Below, in pieces: positions 1-13,010 of a DNA stretch of 64,000 bases (positions within the stretch are counted from its first letter, which is position 1; every line of letters begins with the position of its first letter). A model generated the notes under the pieces. It ran no database searches. It saw only the letters and a program-made list of their open reading frames with translations, and was not told where the DNA came from. Source of the DNA: Laetmonice hystrix (Eukaryota); the NCBI GenBank assembly GCA_965235115.1, contig OZ249436.1, positions 10,170,001-10,234,000 of the forward strand. The letters run 5' to 3'. Made by a program: the position numbers and the translations under genes.

Positions 1-351
1 AACACCACCCCGTCAAAATCTTTCTGCGAGAACCCAATCACCGATCTCCAAACACCACCCCGTCAAAATCTTTCTGCGAGAACCCAAGCACCGATCTCCA
101 AACACCACCCCGTCAAAATCTTTCTGCGAGAACCCAAGCACCGATCTCCAAACACCACCCCGTCAAAATCTTTCTGCGAGAACCCAAGCACCGATCTCCA
201 AACACCACCCCGTCAAAATCTTTCTGCGAGAACCCAATCACCGAACTCCAAACACCACCCGTCAAAATCTTTCTGCGAGAACCCAAGCACCGATCTCCAA
301 ACACCACCCCGTCAAAATCTTTCTGCGAGAACCCAAGCACCGATCTCCAAA
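1..351. repeat. 50-bp tandem minisatellite, about 7 copies, running off the window start
   Basis: Unit AACACCACCCCGTCAAAATCTTTCTGCGAGAACCCAAGCACCGATCTCCA repeats head to tail with no spacers. Confidence 0.95.
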
Positions 352-1897
352 GCTCAATAATGTACCCAACTACGACCTGAACAACGCAATCATTTTATGT
401 TTGTCTGAAGCATTTTTTGAACTAAATAGTAGGCGACTTGGTTTTTTTTTTCACTGTTGTAATATTGCAAATAATGTTAGTGATGAGAATATATTTTCCT
501 CGATATTTAGCAGTTTTGGAGTTACTGTTATTGTTATTAACCCCCACTATAGCAATATCTCGACATTATATTATATTTACATAAAGCCTAGCCGTGATGT
601 TAGCTTCGTAGTTTCCATGACAATGGCCTCCTCACTATGTATCAATATAGCTCGATGCAGATTTCCGCTGGAAACCGCGCGATCCGTCCTGGCCTTGAGT
701 CACGTGAAACCCGCCCCCACACACTAGCCCACCGCCGGAAGGGGTTTGTCCGAACACGTTGTTTCCTTGTCATTGACCATCAGAGATTTTACCATCACGG
801 TTAATCGAATCTGACTTTAAAAGTAGGGAAGGTGTCAGTAGCAGCCGTACCATACGGAAATGAGTCTGTCGACTGTTTGACCCTGTAAAGGGGGTGGGCT
901 CCCGGGAGTACGGAAGCTGTCCCTAGTAACGGTCATTTGTCAGGAGCTACCTCCAGTTGGCGGCGAGACGGTGAGCGGGAATGACGTCTTGTGTAGACGA
1001 TGGCTGGTCCCCTTGTGGTCGTTAATCTTGCATGGATTGTGTTACCTTTGAAGAAGGTACTCTTTACGTGTCACTGCTGTTGATGCAAATTGAATATTTC
1101 TCTTTGGACCTCAGAAACACATCTTTTACATTTGGCGAACACTGGGTCTACTTAATCTCCTTGTTGATCATAGAACCGAGTGCTGATCCCGTACTGTTGG
1201 TGTGAATAATTACAGTTACCGGGATCCTGGTCGACCTTGTCACCTTGAATATATATCATCTTGTTTCATCCAAATGTCGTACAAAGTGAGTCCTAGTCAC
1301 ACTTAAATCTGTTGGAATGAGCTACCCTGGGAAATACCGTGTAGGGAGGATTATCCACATTTGGGAAAAATCAGTATATCAATGTTAAATCAAGTCTCGG
1401 TCACGTAGAAAGGCTGTGTCGCTTATTATGGTTACTTATTGATTAAGGTGGTCAGATATCGCAGTGGCTTAAATACTAAGCCTCTCACAGGGCTTCTCAA
1501 CTATACTATACGTCGGCCGTACGTGTGGGGGACTGGGGCATTTGACACCCCAGTAATTCTGGAAAAAGTTTCTTTATAGTTAGGGTCTATATGCCCGGAG
1601 ATATTTTCCACATCCCTCGAGTGACCCTCGGATCGGATCCCAGCTAAATTCCCAATATTATCTACTCTACAGGGTTAGTAAAAAAAACTATACACTCACA
1701 AATGGGGTGATGAATCGGACATTTTGACAAATCTGGACAATGTAGTAATTGGGTCAGAAAGAGTAACTCTTGTGCTTCAATTTGGTAGTTGATCCACTCA
1801 GATGCGACAAGTAATAAAACCCACTAAAATACCACTTGCGCCAAGTGAGACTCGGCCTTATCGATTCAAACAAAGCATGGTGGAAGTAATGAAAATT

Positions 1898-2172
1898 GCT
1901 GATTGGTATGTCACGGCCGCCAAAGACAATGCTGATTGGTATGTCACGGCCGCCAAAGACAATGCTGATTGGTATGTCACGGCCGCCAAAGACAATGCTG
2001 ATTGGTATGTCACGGCCGCCAAAGACAATGCTGATTGGTATGTCACGGCCGGCAAAGACAATGCTGATTGGTATGTCACGGCCGCCAAAGACAATGCTGA
2101 TTGGTATGTCACGGCCGCCAAAGACAATGCTGATTGGTATGTCACGGCCGCCAACGACACTGCTGGATGGTA
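1898..2172. repeat. 33-bp tandem minisatellite, about 8 copies
   Basis: Unit GCTGATTGGTATGTCACGGCCGCCAAAGACAAT. Its in-frame length explains the overlapping repetitive ORFs on both strands. Confidence 0.95.
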
Positions 2173-2959
2173 TGTAATGACCGCCAAGGAAGCCATTAAC
2201 ACGTCCTTTTCGGAGAAAGTGTTACCCCCCCCCCCCCCCCCAAGTATAATAAAAGGCGTTGTTACCAGTTGTGTGCCATAATGACGGTGCGTAATTGCCC
2301 ATAAAGTCAGGGTCACCGTCGCTAAGCAACGCAAAGTTTGCCACCATTTTCTCCTCCGCCGCTCAGTCACCATCGACCACTTTTTTAAGTGATGACCTGG
2401 ATGATTTGGAATTTAATGGGGCTGCAAAACAAACGGAGAGGCGTCTAAAAAAAGCAATAACGTGGACAAAACAATCTGAAAATGATTCACTTCACATAAA
2501 GTTTAAAACAAATGGGGTTGGTGTGGTCAGTAGGAATCCGAAGTTATGTGCTCTGTTAACTGTGTTAAATGTACGATATGGCCTCAGCATTTTGTCACAA
2601 ATCATGTGTTAAAGCCCTGTGTTCAGGACCAGAACGTGAGAACATAAATTTGTTGAACTTGGGTCTGGTGGTAAAATAAGGGACAATGTTGGTCGTCCAT
2701 TGAGTATTCTATAGTCCAGTGGTGTAGGAAAAATAGGGGGAGGGTATGCTTTACCCCCCCCCCCCCCCCAATATTAGGTCATGGGGAAATTTATAATATT
2801 TGATTTTGAAAGGCTCCCATTGTGATCAAACAGGGACAAGGCTGCCTGCTCTGCCTGTTCCTGTTTATACACTTCCCTTAGTTCTGTTCCTATTTTCTGT
2901 GTAATCTCTTTGTCTCTTTGTTTGGTGTACTCCATAGGCGGCTGCATCATCAGCAATGG

Positions 2960-3895
2960 CAAGCACCTCTATTGCCATGTATACGATGGCTCCAGCGCCT
3001 TGTTCGCAGCTTTAGGAGTTTCTGTCATAGGACAACCACCCAGTTGTTGAAGGCGTTGATATTGCAACGTTTCCCAAATGATGAGCTGTCCAGCGTCTTT
3101 CACTTTCTGTGTGTTTCACCGCATAGCAATTGTGAGCTTCCAGCAGGCAGAACCTGCTGCTGAACTGTTTCCCCACCCAGTCACCGATTGGAACCTGCTG
3201 CTGAACTGTTTCCTCACCCAGTCACTGAGTGACGTCTTGGCATTCATGGTGTGCACGAGTCACAGTTGTATATTGTGGTCTCTACGGTAAACATATCTTG
3301 CAAAAGGCGCTGATATTTATTGTATTCGTGTCTGAACTCTATAGCCATAGTATTGTATCCATCATATCAATGACCTTGGCATTTACTTGCTGGTTCCAAG
3401 CTGTGTACATTCATAAAATGACTCAACACATCTGCTATGGTGACAGCATCTGGTCTTGAGAGTTTATGGAGTTTCAGAAAATGTTCCTCTGGAATCCAGT
3501 TGCTGAAATTCAACCAACGATAACAGATAGACAGCCAGTGGGCGATCCAGAGATGCGTTTCTCATCTATCGTTATCCTGTCGTGCGTTAAAATCTCCATT
3601 GAAAATACATTGGAGTTAACGATACGACAAGCTGACGACATGATGAGAAACGCACGGGGCCTGGCCCCCCTTTAGATTTTTTTTTTCTTTTTTTTTACAG
3701 TCAACATAAAAAAAGTAGGTGGCCCCCCTTATCAAATTCCTGGTGCCCCCCTTATAAAAATCCCGGTCCCCCCCTTATCGAAATCCTGGATCCCCTACTG
3801 ACAGCTGATTGGTAGTGGTAACGTCAGTTGGCTCATCACTCATTATGGCAAAGACTGGACTTCTCTACAGTGACTGAAGCAGCTTGGTGAACAAC
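2960..3895 (-). pseudogene. Decayed hAT-superfamily transposase (ZMYM1/Tip100-like), interrupted by a MITE
   Basis: Manual minus-strand translation gives hAT motifs in the expected order: FAIMSDEPTDVTTTNQL|SICYRWL..EEHFLKL..DAVTIADVL..KCQGH*YDG, then (frameshift) VQTRIQ*ISAPFARYVY..HNIQL*LV, then PSTTGWLS (TRW motif). Multiple stops and frameshifts. Confidence 0.8.
3536..3800. mobile_element. Non-autonomous hAT-like MITE (265 bp) with 5-bp TSD
   Basis: Termini CAGTGGGCGATCCAG ... CTGGATCCCCTACTG. ACAGC flanks both sides (3531-3535, 3801-3805). Removing it restores the transposase frame NQLSICYRW. Confidence 0.85.
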
Positions 3896-6800
3896 CAGCT
3901 TCATATGAGGCTACTCCTAGAATCGGGCATCAATAAACAGTGAACTGAACGAACTGAGATCGATTAGTTACGCCTGGGGGGGGGATTCCCTAATTCCGAC
4001 TAATTCCGACACGAAACAGTATGTTTGGGTTAGGGTTAAGGTTAGACCTATCTAGGGTTAGTGTTAGTCTAGTCCCAAAATAGAAAAGTTCCTCACTAAC
4101 GTACCTTTGAACACAACGCGAGACAGCGGGAGCTATATCTATTAATAGATTGAGATAAGGGCCAAATAGGGTAAACAACCCGACGAAGCCAGCGGGAGAA
4201 TGTCTCTACATTTCGGTTGATTATTCCTTTATTAAAGATCAGATAATCACAGAATTGTAGGTAAGAACAAGCTTGTTCATGCCGAACACCCTTATATTGA
4301 TAGTTTGAACTTTTCTATTCCCTTTAAATAGGCACTAACTTCCGGCCGTGACGTCATACCTGAAGTCACGGGCTTGTAGCACGACTAACCGATTTCAGTT
4401 TGCTTAGTTCGCTGTTTATTCTAGTTCTCCAAGCTGTTTCTACTTAGTGTGGTTAGCAACCGTTTCTTTCAACAGGAAGTACAGTGATCGACACAGTACA
4501 CAGAAGTACTTGGTATTCTCGATGTTGGTCTGTAGATGCATTACTCCGAGTATCATGGACACCTGCTACTCTCCAAAATTCCCGATACTGTTGCTCTGCT
4601 GCAATAGGTGCTTTGGCCTGCTTATGAATTGCTGGCCCACTGTGTTTTGCACGGCCCTTGGTTTTGTAAGTCAGATTCTTGATGATTTGTGTCAAGGAAG
4701 TGTCATCCACTGCCTCCCCATGGCTCCCCTTCTTGGCTCTGGCTCCAGCTGTCTTGAAAGGTTTGATGTAGTAGTCTCAGTAAAAGCCATTATGCTCAAC
4801 CCTCAGCCAGAGGTAATTCTTACTGTGCCGAGTTCTGTACCCTTGCCTCTGGGCAGGAGTGAGCTTGAAGGTTTCCACATGATACTGAGTCGTCATCAAC
4901 ATCATCACGGCTGGAAGAAGTTCCTGTTCTCAGATCGCCGTAATATTCTATAATCCTATTAGTCTGTTCTGTTATTAGGTATAAATCGTGGACCTTGGTG
5001 CGGTCGCTAGCCCCCGGAGTGTAGTCTTCAAACTCTTGACGTCCGCTCGCCGTAATTCGGCCCGAAATCTCTCGTCGTCGTGTATCCTCGAGAAGACAGC
5101 GCCGAACGAGTCTTCTGTGATCTTTTCGACACATAAGAACCGAGATACCTGTAACAGGTGATTAGAGAAAATAGTGGGCCAAAGATACCATCACTCTTGA
5201 AGGGGAATTCTTTGTCCTGCCCACATGGTGGTGTCGATTTCTTGTTCAGTCATTTCTCCTCCTGATGATCAAATGCCTTCCTCAGGGTAACGTTTTTGGC
5301 CGTTATGGAAGCTACTGAATATTGCGATATTGTATCCGCACCAGAATAATTATTGTCTTCATAAGTTTTTTTTAATGAACGCTGACACTGCTGTAATTTA
5401 ATGGGTTCTGATTGCTGAGGGGAAATAGAAGCCTCCCCGCTTCTAAAACTCCGCTTCTTTGCTACTACCTGCCAATAAGACGGGTGTCGTATTTTCTACT
5501 GGGAGCGCCGCTACCAAATGTCCTCTCTCAATATGCTGTAAGTTTGTAGTTGATACCCTTTTGATATTAAATAGGCGATGGCTATGTTACAACTAGCCTG
5601 TCAGCAGCCCACAATAACTGAACGTTATTTATGCACCACTGTTTTACTCTGCATACGAACTCGACGACGACGACGACGACGACGTCGGGATCATTTATGA
5701 AGCTAAACGAGGAAGGTTGTAGTAGGGAAATCTTTAAGTCAGTAAACTTACTTCATTATCAAATCCATTACTGAATCCACGTAAGAGGTTCAATGTTTAC
5801 ACCAGGAACTCTATGACCACCATATTGGTTCCTATCCATAAAATCATGCGCAGTTGGTACAGGAATTGGAGGAAAGGAAATGACGAGGCGCGGCGGAGGG
5901 TATAAATACAAGCAAACGGTTAAGGTTGAGTCCTCAACATCTGTCGACACGAAGTGAACGAACGTCCCACCTCCACCCCGACTCATCCGTCTTCGTCTTT
6001 TATGCAGAATATTCATCTACGATTATTTAGCTGTATTTTGCGGGAGCTTATGTGCTGGGCAAGGTTAAGGGGAGGGTTACTCGGGGTCAGTGTGGTCTGC
6101 CCAGGTATGGGGGTTAGTTGGGTTCTCTGGGAGGGTTGTCTGGGTTACTTGATTCTGCCCATTTTGTCTCCACCTAATAAGGCAGAACAGTAAATTCTAT
6201 CCTACGTATATGGATTTGGGTACAACTAAAGTGTTGATTGTTATCATGCGATGTAATTAATTATTCAACTTCATTGTGTAGTCTCCACGACGGGTTTCAA
6301 CCTTTGTATAGAGTCCTCTAAGTGGGGATCGACGGGTTACAATGTAAATAAAATGTAACCTACAATACCATCCTCCTCTCCGAGTTTTAACTTCATAAAA
6401 AGTAGTGTTTACTGCGGTCTGGCGTTCTTTAAATTGTTACATTCCATCGTGAAAACACAGTTCTGTTGTCAAACTAATACCGCCAGGCGCTGTTCCTCAT
6501 ATTTTCCAATCTTTCATATTAAAACAAATGCTGTGTCCCCCTAAAACTGGAATCTGAACACCTGTCAGTAGGTAATTCTGAGTCAGGTAAGGGGGGTCAT
6601 ATTGCAGTACACTTATACGGCCAACTGTGCAGTACAGCCCAATATACGTCAATGAGGACGGAGGTGATGTGGAGTATGGTTTTATAAACCTTTTAGAAAA
6701 GTCATGTTATTATGAAATTTTGCCTTTAGTTTCATAATAACATTTGTAAAGTCCCTGGGGGCTAACGAAGATGTATAAAAGTATCATATACCAAGAGCAA

Positions 6801-8333
6801 TGAATGACCGTTCTATACTCCAGTGGCCAATACTGGACAATGAGACATGACAAGCGTGTACAATTTCTTGTTTTTATGTTGTAACCGGATTGTAACATTC
6901 ATGTATACCCGTAGGTATCTCAGTAACAACTATCATGTATCTAGCCATACAGTCTAACAACAATGATAAATTGAAAGTTTGAGTGGCACATTGACAGGGT
7001 AACATCGTGTCTTGTATCAAATCAAAACGAAAACTCTTATGCTATCATCAACTATTGCTATTGCTATCATCAACTTACCGGACAATGGCTGACTACATCA
7101 GACATGTGCAGACGTAAAACCGCTAGGTTTGAACACGTGGAGGTCCGCGTGCGCTATAATTTGTCAAGGTCGATTATGCTGATCTAACCCGCATCCAGAC
7201 TCCTCAGATATTGCTCTAGGATAAGTGAGGTGCCTTGGCTTTCCTAAGGATGGATAAAGCCCTTAGTTCCTATGTGCTGCTCATAATGGTCACATCAGCC
7301 CTGTCACTTTGAACACAGACTGGTACAGAAAACGTTTAGTTGAGAACGGTGTGGTTTGTGTGCTGCAAGGATGTACTTCCCGACCCACGGCCCTACATGT
7401 AAACCACTTCACCCCGGTAGCTAAAAAAAGGTCCATGCCCCCACGCGCAACATCCATTAGGTAAATGAGCTATATGAGAGGTGTTTGGGTGTGCGTGTAG
7501 GGTTAGGTAATTACGGTGTACGGACCTAAGCCAGCTCCCTGAGGACTGAAAGATTAGTCACCGTCACATTAACCGTGACTGTCAAGAAGTCTTTCCAAGT
7601 ATACCTGTCGCACACCCTGGACAACTTGCACAGCACCATAAAAAGCTGTTATCCACCGTCGATATTATTAGAATCTGTTAGATTGTTCCTCTTCTCCTCT
7701 AAATCTAACGTCCTTTCCACAGCACGACGTCCATCCTCAGACCCGTGTTGCCTGTGTTGTCCGACTCCTATACGGCTCGGATCCCTATAATATATCTAGT
7801 CTGCTACAGTCCAAGGTTTGGGATGGTTGTGCCATGATTCCCGGCCCTGTGAACATCTCAGTCCATTCTGACTGAGAAAGAAGTCAAGCCCCCTCGTCTT
7901 CTCAATCTGCCGACGGTGTCGATCGATGACTCGGGTCAGGGTCGCTGAGAAAAGTGTGGCCAAAAAGAAGAAGAAAAAACCTTTTACATGCCAGACCGAA
8001 CCGACACGGCTCGATAGGCCCAGGACGAAGATAAATCTGTTAGGGACAGACAGAGTGGAGGTCTTGAGAGAAGCACTCAAAGTATTCACTGAACTTACCA
8101 ATATTAACGGGGAAAAAATAGTTCAAGCTCCTGTGAAAACCAATTGACTATGAAGACAATTTTTTGGGGGCTGAGGCGGACACGGTTTTAGAAGTAGCTC
8201 TGGGTCCACCTCATCTTAGAATCTTGAGTTTTCTGGTTTATAGTAGGCCTATAGAGATCCCATAAAGTTTGGCCATGGAAGAGTATCGGCTCTGGCCAAT
8301 GTCTGTCTGCCTGTCGGTCGGTCGGTCTTCTCG

Positions 8334-8334
<1 letters not shown>

Positions 8335-8378
<44 letters not shown>

Positions 8379-8406
8379 CCTCCCTCTCTCTCTATCCTCT
8401 CTCTCT
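8335..8406. repeat. (CT)n microsatellite
   Basis: Imperfect CT run. Confidence 0.9.
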
Positions 8407-8958
8407 AAAGGTAAGCTAGAGAGTGCTGGAATAAGGCTGCTTATTAAATTATGGTTTCTTATTGTATGTCATTTCCCACGCCTAAGAGGATGAGAAGAAC
8501 TATCCACATGGCTCGAGCACCGCCGTGACTGATGCGAAGTGAGACAGCTTGAACGTCGTGACGAAAGCTAGAGTGATACCAATCAAACTTGACCTCAAAC
8601 CTTCCGCGTCGGCGGTTGGGACCAGACACTCGACTGAGGTGCGTCCAGTGTCGGTGAAGTATAATGACTGGACAAGGAATTCACGTACTGACGCCCCCGG
8701 GATAGTCCATGCAGGGATACCGCGAGGAGCTCAGAATCTCAGCTGAATGCTATCAGTCCTCAGGTCTCAATGGTATACGTTGGTTCTCAATCCGCTTGCC
8801 CTCGTCAAAACTTGTGTGGACTCCTTTCAAAACGAAACCGTGTGGCTCCATCATACGTCACGTATCTGAATGTGCCATCAGAGATGTGAGAGGCTCCAGA
8901 TGTCATAGAAGCTGAATTCCTTTTGACAGAATATTCTATCGCAGAAACCGCCTCTACT

Positions 8959-9088
8959 ATAAAAACACGTAACGGGATGAGTGTCCTTCACTGCGGCAAA
9001 GTATGGAACTCCACGTCGAATTCATGCGCCAGGCCTCGAGTTCCGTACTTTCCCGCCGTGAAGGAGCCGAATCCGTATACGTTTTTAT
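8959..9088. mobile_element. Palindromic (hairpin) MITE-like element, about 130 bp
   Basis: Imperfect arms of about 50 bp: ATAAAAAC..TCCTTCAC..AAAGTATGGAACTC and GAGTTCCGTACTTT..GTGAAGGA..GTTTTTAT. Confidence 0.6.
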
Positions 9089-10619
9089 TATATGCGCTTG
9101 GATTATTTCTAATTTGAGGAAAAGAACCAACAGTAAACAAGAATTAACAACGTTTATTACTTTTACCTAGACCTATTATAGGCCTAGTCTATCCGTGAGG
9201 TCACGGGACGGGGCACCCCCCCCCCCCCCCCCCCATTTTTTCGCCTGGTGCCCTGCCAAACAGACACGTCCGCTATATAAGGTCAGTTGCTGGGTAATTT
9301 CACCTGTCAGAAAACGGTAGATGCTATTCTTTATCCTTCTTTAATCACTACAGGCAGCTTAATCACTACAGGCAGTGCCAATCAGTGCCAATAATTATTC
9401 ATGCCTACAGAACCTAACGGTAAAGTCGACATTTCGGGCTCCGTCTTGTGCTGCCGCCTAACGACGCCTGAAATCAATTACCCACCATTTTATTAGACTC
9501 TTTCAATAATTTGCTTAACGCCGCGCAGGTCAGGTGCGTGGCGTGAAATCTCCAGTCGGGGACTGGACTATAATAAATCTTTCTTCTTCCTCTTCCCCTT
9601 CATCTTCTTCCTCTTCTCCTTCCTCTCCTTCTACTTCTTCTACTTCTTTTTCTTCTTTCTCCTCCTCTCCTCTCTTTACGTCTCACGTATAGACTCTCCG
9701 TTCTGGTTGCCTCTAATTATGGTGTTGTTAAACGAACAGGTTGATTAGTTATTTATCAGGTCTCTCGTCGCCGCTAGCAAATTACCATCATGTATTTATG
9801 GGAGACACTCTGTGAGCGGCATTAGTTTCATGAAGTATTCAATGCGATCTTACTGACTGTCCACATATATCATGAGCGCCCTGACTCGCAGTGTTCTCCA
9901 TGCCCATCACTTCCTCCTCATACTTAGCCCCGACCGAACTACAAGCTGGTTATTATATCCGTTAGTGAAAACCTTAGGTCGCCTTTTCAACCTTGTCAAC
10001 TCGGACATAGTTTCAAGTGTTAATGTCCATTTTTCATGTATGATATGTTGGAAGATATATATTATTACATCATTAGTGAGGTGTGTGCAATACCTTGTTT
10101 TTACCTATGGGAAAAACTAGTTCATTTCCTCTGCGTTAATTATCTATTGGTAATAACGGTTGTATCTAATGAGTCATTCCATCATATATATGCATAATAT
10201 ATACACTTCTGTGGCAATATGCAAGTGTATAGCCGATGCAAAAAGTATTAAAACATAATATTAAACCGTTGGTGAAATGTTAAAGGTGCTATTCGTGGAA
10301 AAAAGTTTTTTTTTTTAATTTTGTTGACGTTTATGTGATCCCACCTGTCATGCAAATAGATTCTCAACAAAGGAAATCAACATTTTTCATGGATAACGGC
10401 ACAAATGGGGCTCTCTCAAAAGGCCTGTGGAGAGCCTGACACGCCCCACCATAGGAAATGGCTCTATCTCGGTGCGCACCGAGATTGGTTTCAAATGCTG
10501 CACCCAAACTGATAGAAGGTTTATCAGGCCAATGGTATCGGTAGGAATTTTTTCTAGTACTATGTGCACAATGTATGATAGGAAAAATGCTATTCTGAGC
10601 GAGACGAATAGCATCTTTA

Positions 10620-10706
10620 TGGCCTGACCACACAGAGCCGACTACCTCCGACCCGATAGTGTGGGGTAGTCGGATCGGGTGTAGTCGGCCCAGTATGGCC
10701 GGGCCT
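10620..10706. mobile_element. Mini PIF/Harbinger-like MITE
   Basis: 25-bp imperfect TIRs (20/25): GGCCTGACCACACAGAGCCGACTAC and GTAGTCGGCCCAGTATGGCCGGGCC. TTA flanks both sides. Confidence 0.6.
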
Positions 10707-11570
10707 TTACCAAGAGAGCAAGAGAAGCAATCTTACCAGCCAATTCGACTGGGGAGTAAAGAGTGCCTTATATTACCTGGTTAAGTACCCCCTGACCCGA
10801 TACCCTGCGACCGAACTGAACATGGTTTCACCTCGCACAACCATAGAGTTCGGAGTGTTCACCTCTGAACCTTTAGCGACCCGAGGATCGCTTTGTACCG
10901 TAAATATATCTTCACTGCCGTAACTTTATTCGTTTGTGTAACGAGAAAACAATATTTACAGTGCGGCCCCTGTCATCAGTCTCTGTTTGTTTTATTCATA
11001 CCTAACAGTAATTGCCGGCGCCATTTGACTCCACCTTCTAAATGAGAACTCGTCGCCACAGGACATGACTGCCCTTTGGTCATGCCTGATCAAAATGAGA
11101 AAGGAAGTGAAGCAAAACAAGGAGAATGTTTTAGAAACGGTTTGGAGGCCGTGAAAGCCGAGGTAAAAATGCAACAAGTTCCAAAATAGACATTTTGAAA
11201 ATATACCTGTATGATTCCTATAGAGTCCATATCTCGTCATAGTTACTTCATTTTGTGTCAATTTCATACTGAAAACTACAGACAAAATCACCTCCTATTG
11301 AAAAAGACTATAGTCTATTTCCCTGGTGTTGACATCTCTGCACTGGGAGGAGTGAGTGAAGAGTTGGTGTTTCGCGCTGGCAGGATCATCGGAGCGTGAG
11401 TACCAAAACATAACGCGATCTAGTTGATCTGATGTCGATCTGGTTTTTATGGACACGTTCACGAATTCAATCCTGTAAACATAGAATGTTATCTGCAGCA
11501 TGTTTTCTAGCAGTCAGGCGGTCGTTTCTCAGATCGGGGCATTATTACACGTATTTTACCTCCGCTTTAA

Positions 11571-12098
11571 AGGGGCATACTATGAAACACGTTTTTGAGG
11601 ATTTCCGGCAATTATCCAACATGACCGTGTACTAGGGATCCAAGTAAATAATCCTCCCACAGCATTTTGTCCTCCGACGTGTTTTCGCTGCGTATGCAGC
11701 ACAAGTAGGTTCTATACGACCAAACCTATAGATTTCTCCCGATAGCACATCTCCCACCATAATTTGGCGGACAACCTCCCATCAACCCGTGTAATTGCAT
11801 ACTGTGTCACATCCTGTGTGTGCACTCTCTGCATGTGCTTAGTCACGTGCTTTGCTTAGTTGTAAACAATTCAGCAGTGGCACTCGATCGCCCGGCATCA
11901 GAATGCCACCCAAAAAATATTTTACAAAATCGGCAGAGAAGCGGGCAAGGGAGCTTAATAAACTTCGATTTCTCACGCAAAATGAAACTGATAAGTCTGT
12001 CTTTGTTTACCAAGCAATTGTAATGAAGGATCTCTTCATGAAAACAGCAAAAGTTCTATGAAATACCGATTTTTAACGTTTCCTCATAATATGCCCCT
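11571..12098. mobile_element. Non-autonomous Kolobok-like DNA transposon (528 bp)
   Basis: TTAA TSD on both sides and TIRs AGGGGCATA(C/T)TATGA. Purine-purine start with a TTAA target fits Kolobok rather than piggyBac (CCC..GGG). Confidence 0.8.
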
Positions 12099-12356
12099 TT
12101 AAAGGAAAACGGATCTCCTTCAGGTCAAACTTTTATATCATCGACACAGCAGATCCATGCTTATTTGGTGTGGACTTGCCGCATGCTGCAACGCGGTGGG
12201 ACAGGTGGAGGCTTAAAGATGGGACGGCGTCCGTGGGGGGGGGGGGGGTCCCCTGGATCGTCAGCCACCCCCGCCTTTCTGTTCCTTCTTAAGTTCACAT
12301 AATAATTTTCAAGTCCCCCCCCCCCCTCAAATATTCCCTGCGGACTCCCAGGACGA

Positions 12357-12478
12357 TGATGTGTGGGGCAATGTGTAACAGGTCAAGCAAGGCCGTGATG
12401 TGTGGGGCAATGTGGAACAGGTCAAGCAAGGCCGTGATGTGTGGGGCAATGTGTAACAGGTCAAGCAAGGCGTGATGT
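12357..12478. repeat. 39-bp tandem repeat, 3 copies
   Basis: Unit TGATGTGTGGGGCAATGTGTAACAGGTCAAGCAAGGCCG. Confidence 0.9.
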
Positions 12479-12639
12479 TACGTTGACACGAATAAGGCAG
12501 AGAGCTTCACTTTGAGGTTCCTGTGTATATTCTGGTGATGGCGTCAGTATACCGTCTCCAATATTTCTCAAGTGAATTTCGTATTACTGTAAACAAATGT
12601 AGGACACCTCTGTATTGGCATGTCGTTATATGTTACAGC

Positions 12640-13010
12640 CATAGGCGCCAGAAACGGGGTGCAGGGGGGCGACCGCCCCCTCAATACTCTGGTTGGGGGA
12701 TCCCCCCCCCCCAATAATCTGTGAATGAATGAAAAAAGGCAGGTTTTTCCACATACAGTAGGCCTGTTGAAACCATGACATGGGTGCATCAAAGACTGGG
12801 TCGATTGTCCTAATGATACATTGTAATCTATTTATTCAAAGCATAAAAAATCCTGCCTCAAAATGGTGTAGAAAAGCGTTTTGGGGTGTGTAGTTTTCAA
12901 AATTTTCTCGGAGAGGACCTCCGACCCTGATTTACTAAACATGTTGTAGCCTATGACTTTCGCTTCAGCTCTCCCCCCCCCCCAATAATAATTTGCTTCC
13001 GGCGCCCCTG
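12640..13010. mobile_element. Non-autonomous hAT element (371 bp), 8-bp TSD
   Basis: TSD GTTACAGC at 12632-12639 and 13011-13018. Termini CATAGGCGCCAGAA ... TTCCGGCGCCCCTG. Confidence 0.88.

Noticed and set aside
1802..2373. Repetitive ORFs (ADWYVTAAKDN)n and their antisense partner as proteins
   Set aside because: A 33-bp unit without stops opens several frames at once, and the flanks show no coding signal.
4026..4045. TTAGGG-like sequence as an interstitial telomere
   Set aside because: There are only about 3 degenerate units.
4447..5134. Possible piggyBac remnant (GTVR, TKYFCVLC on the minus strand)
   Set aside because: The motif matches are too short and out of frame, and no TTAA-bounded TIRs were found.
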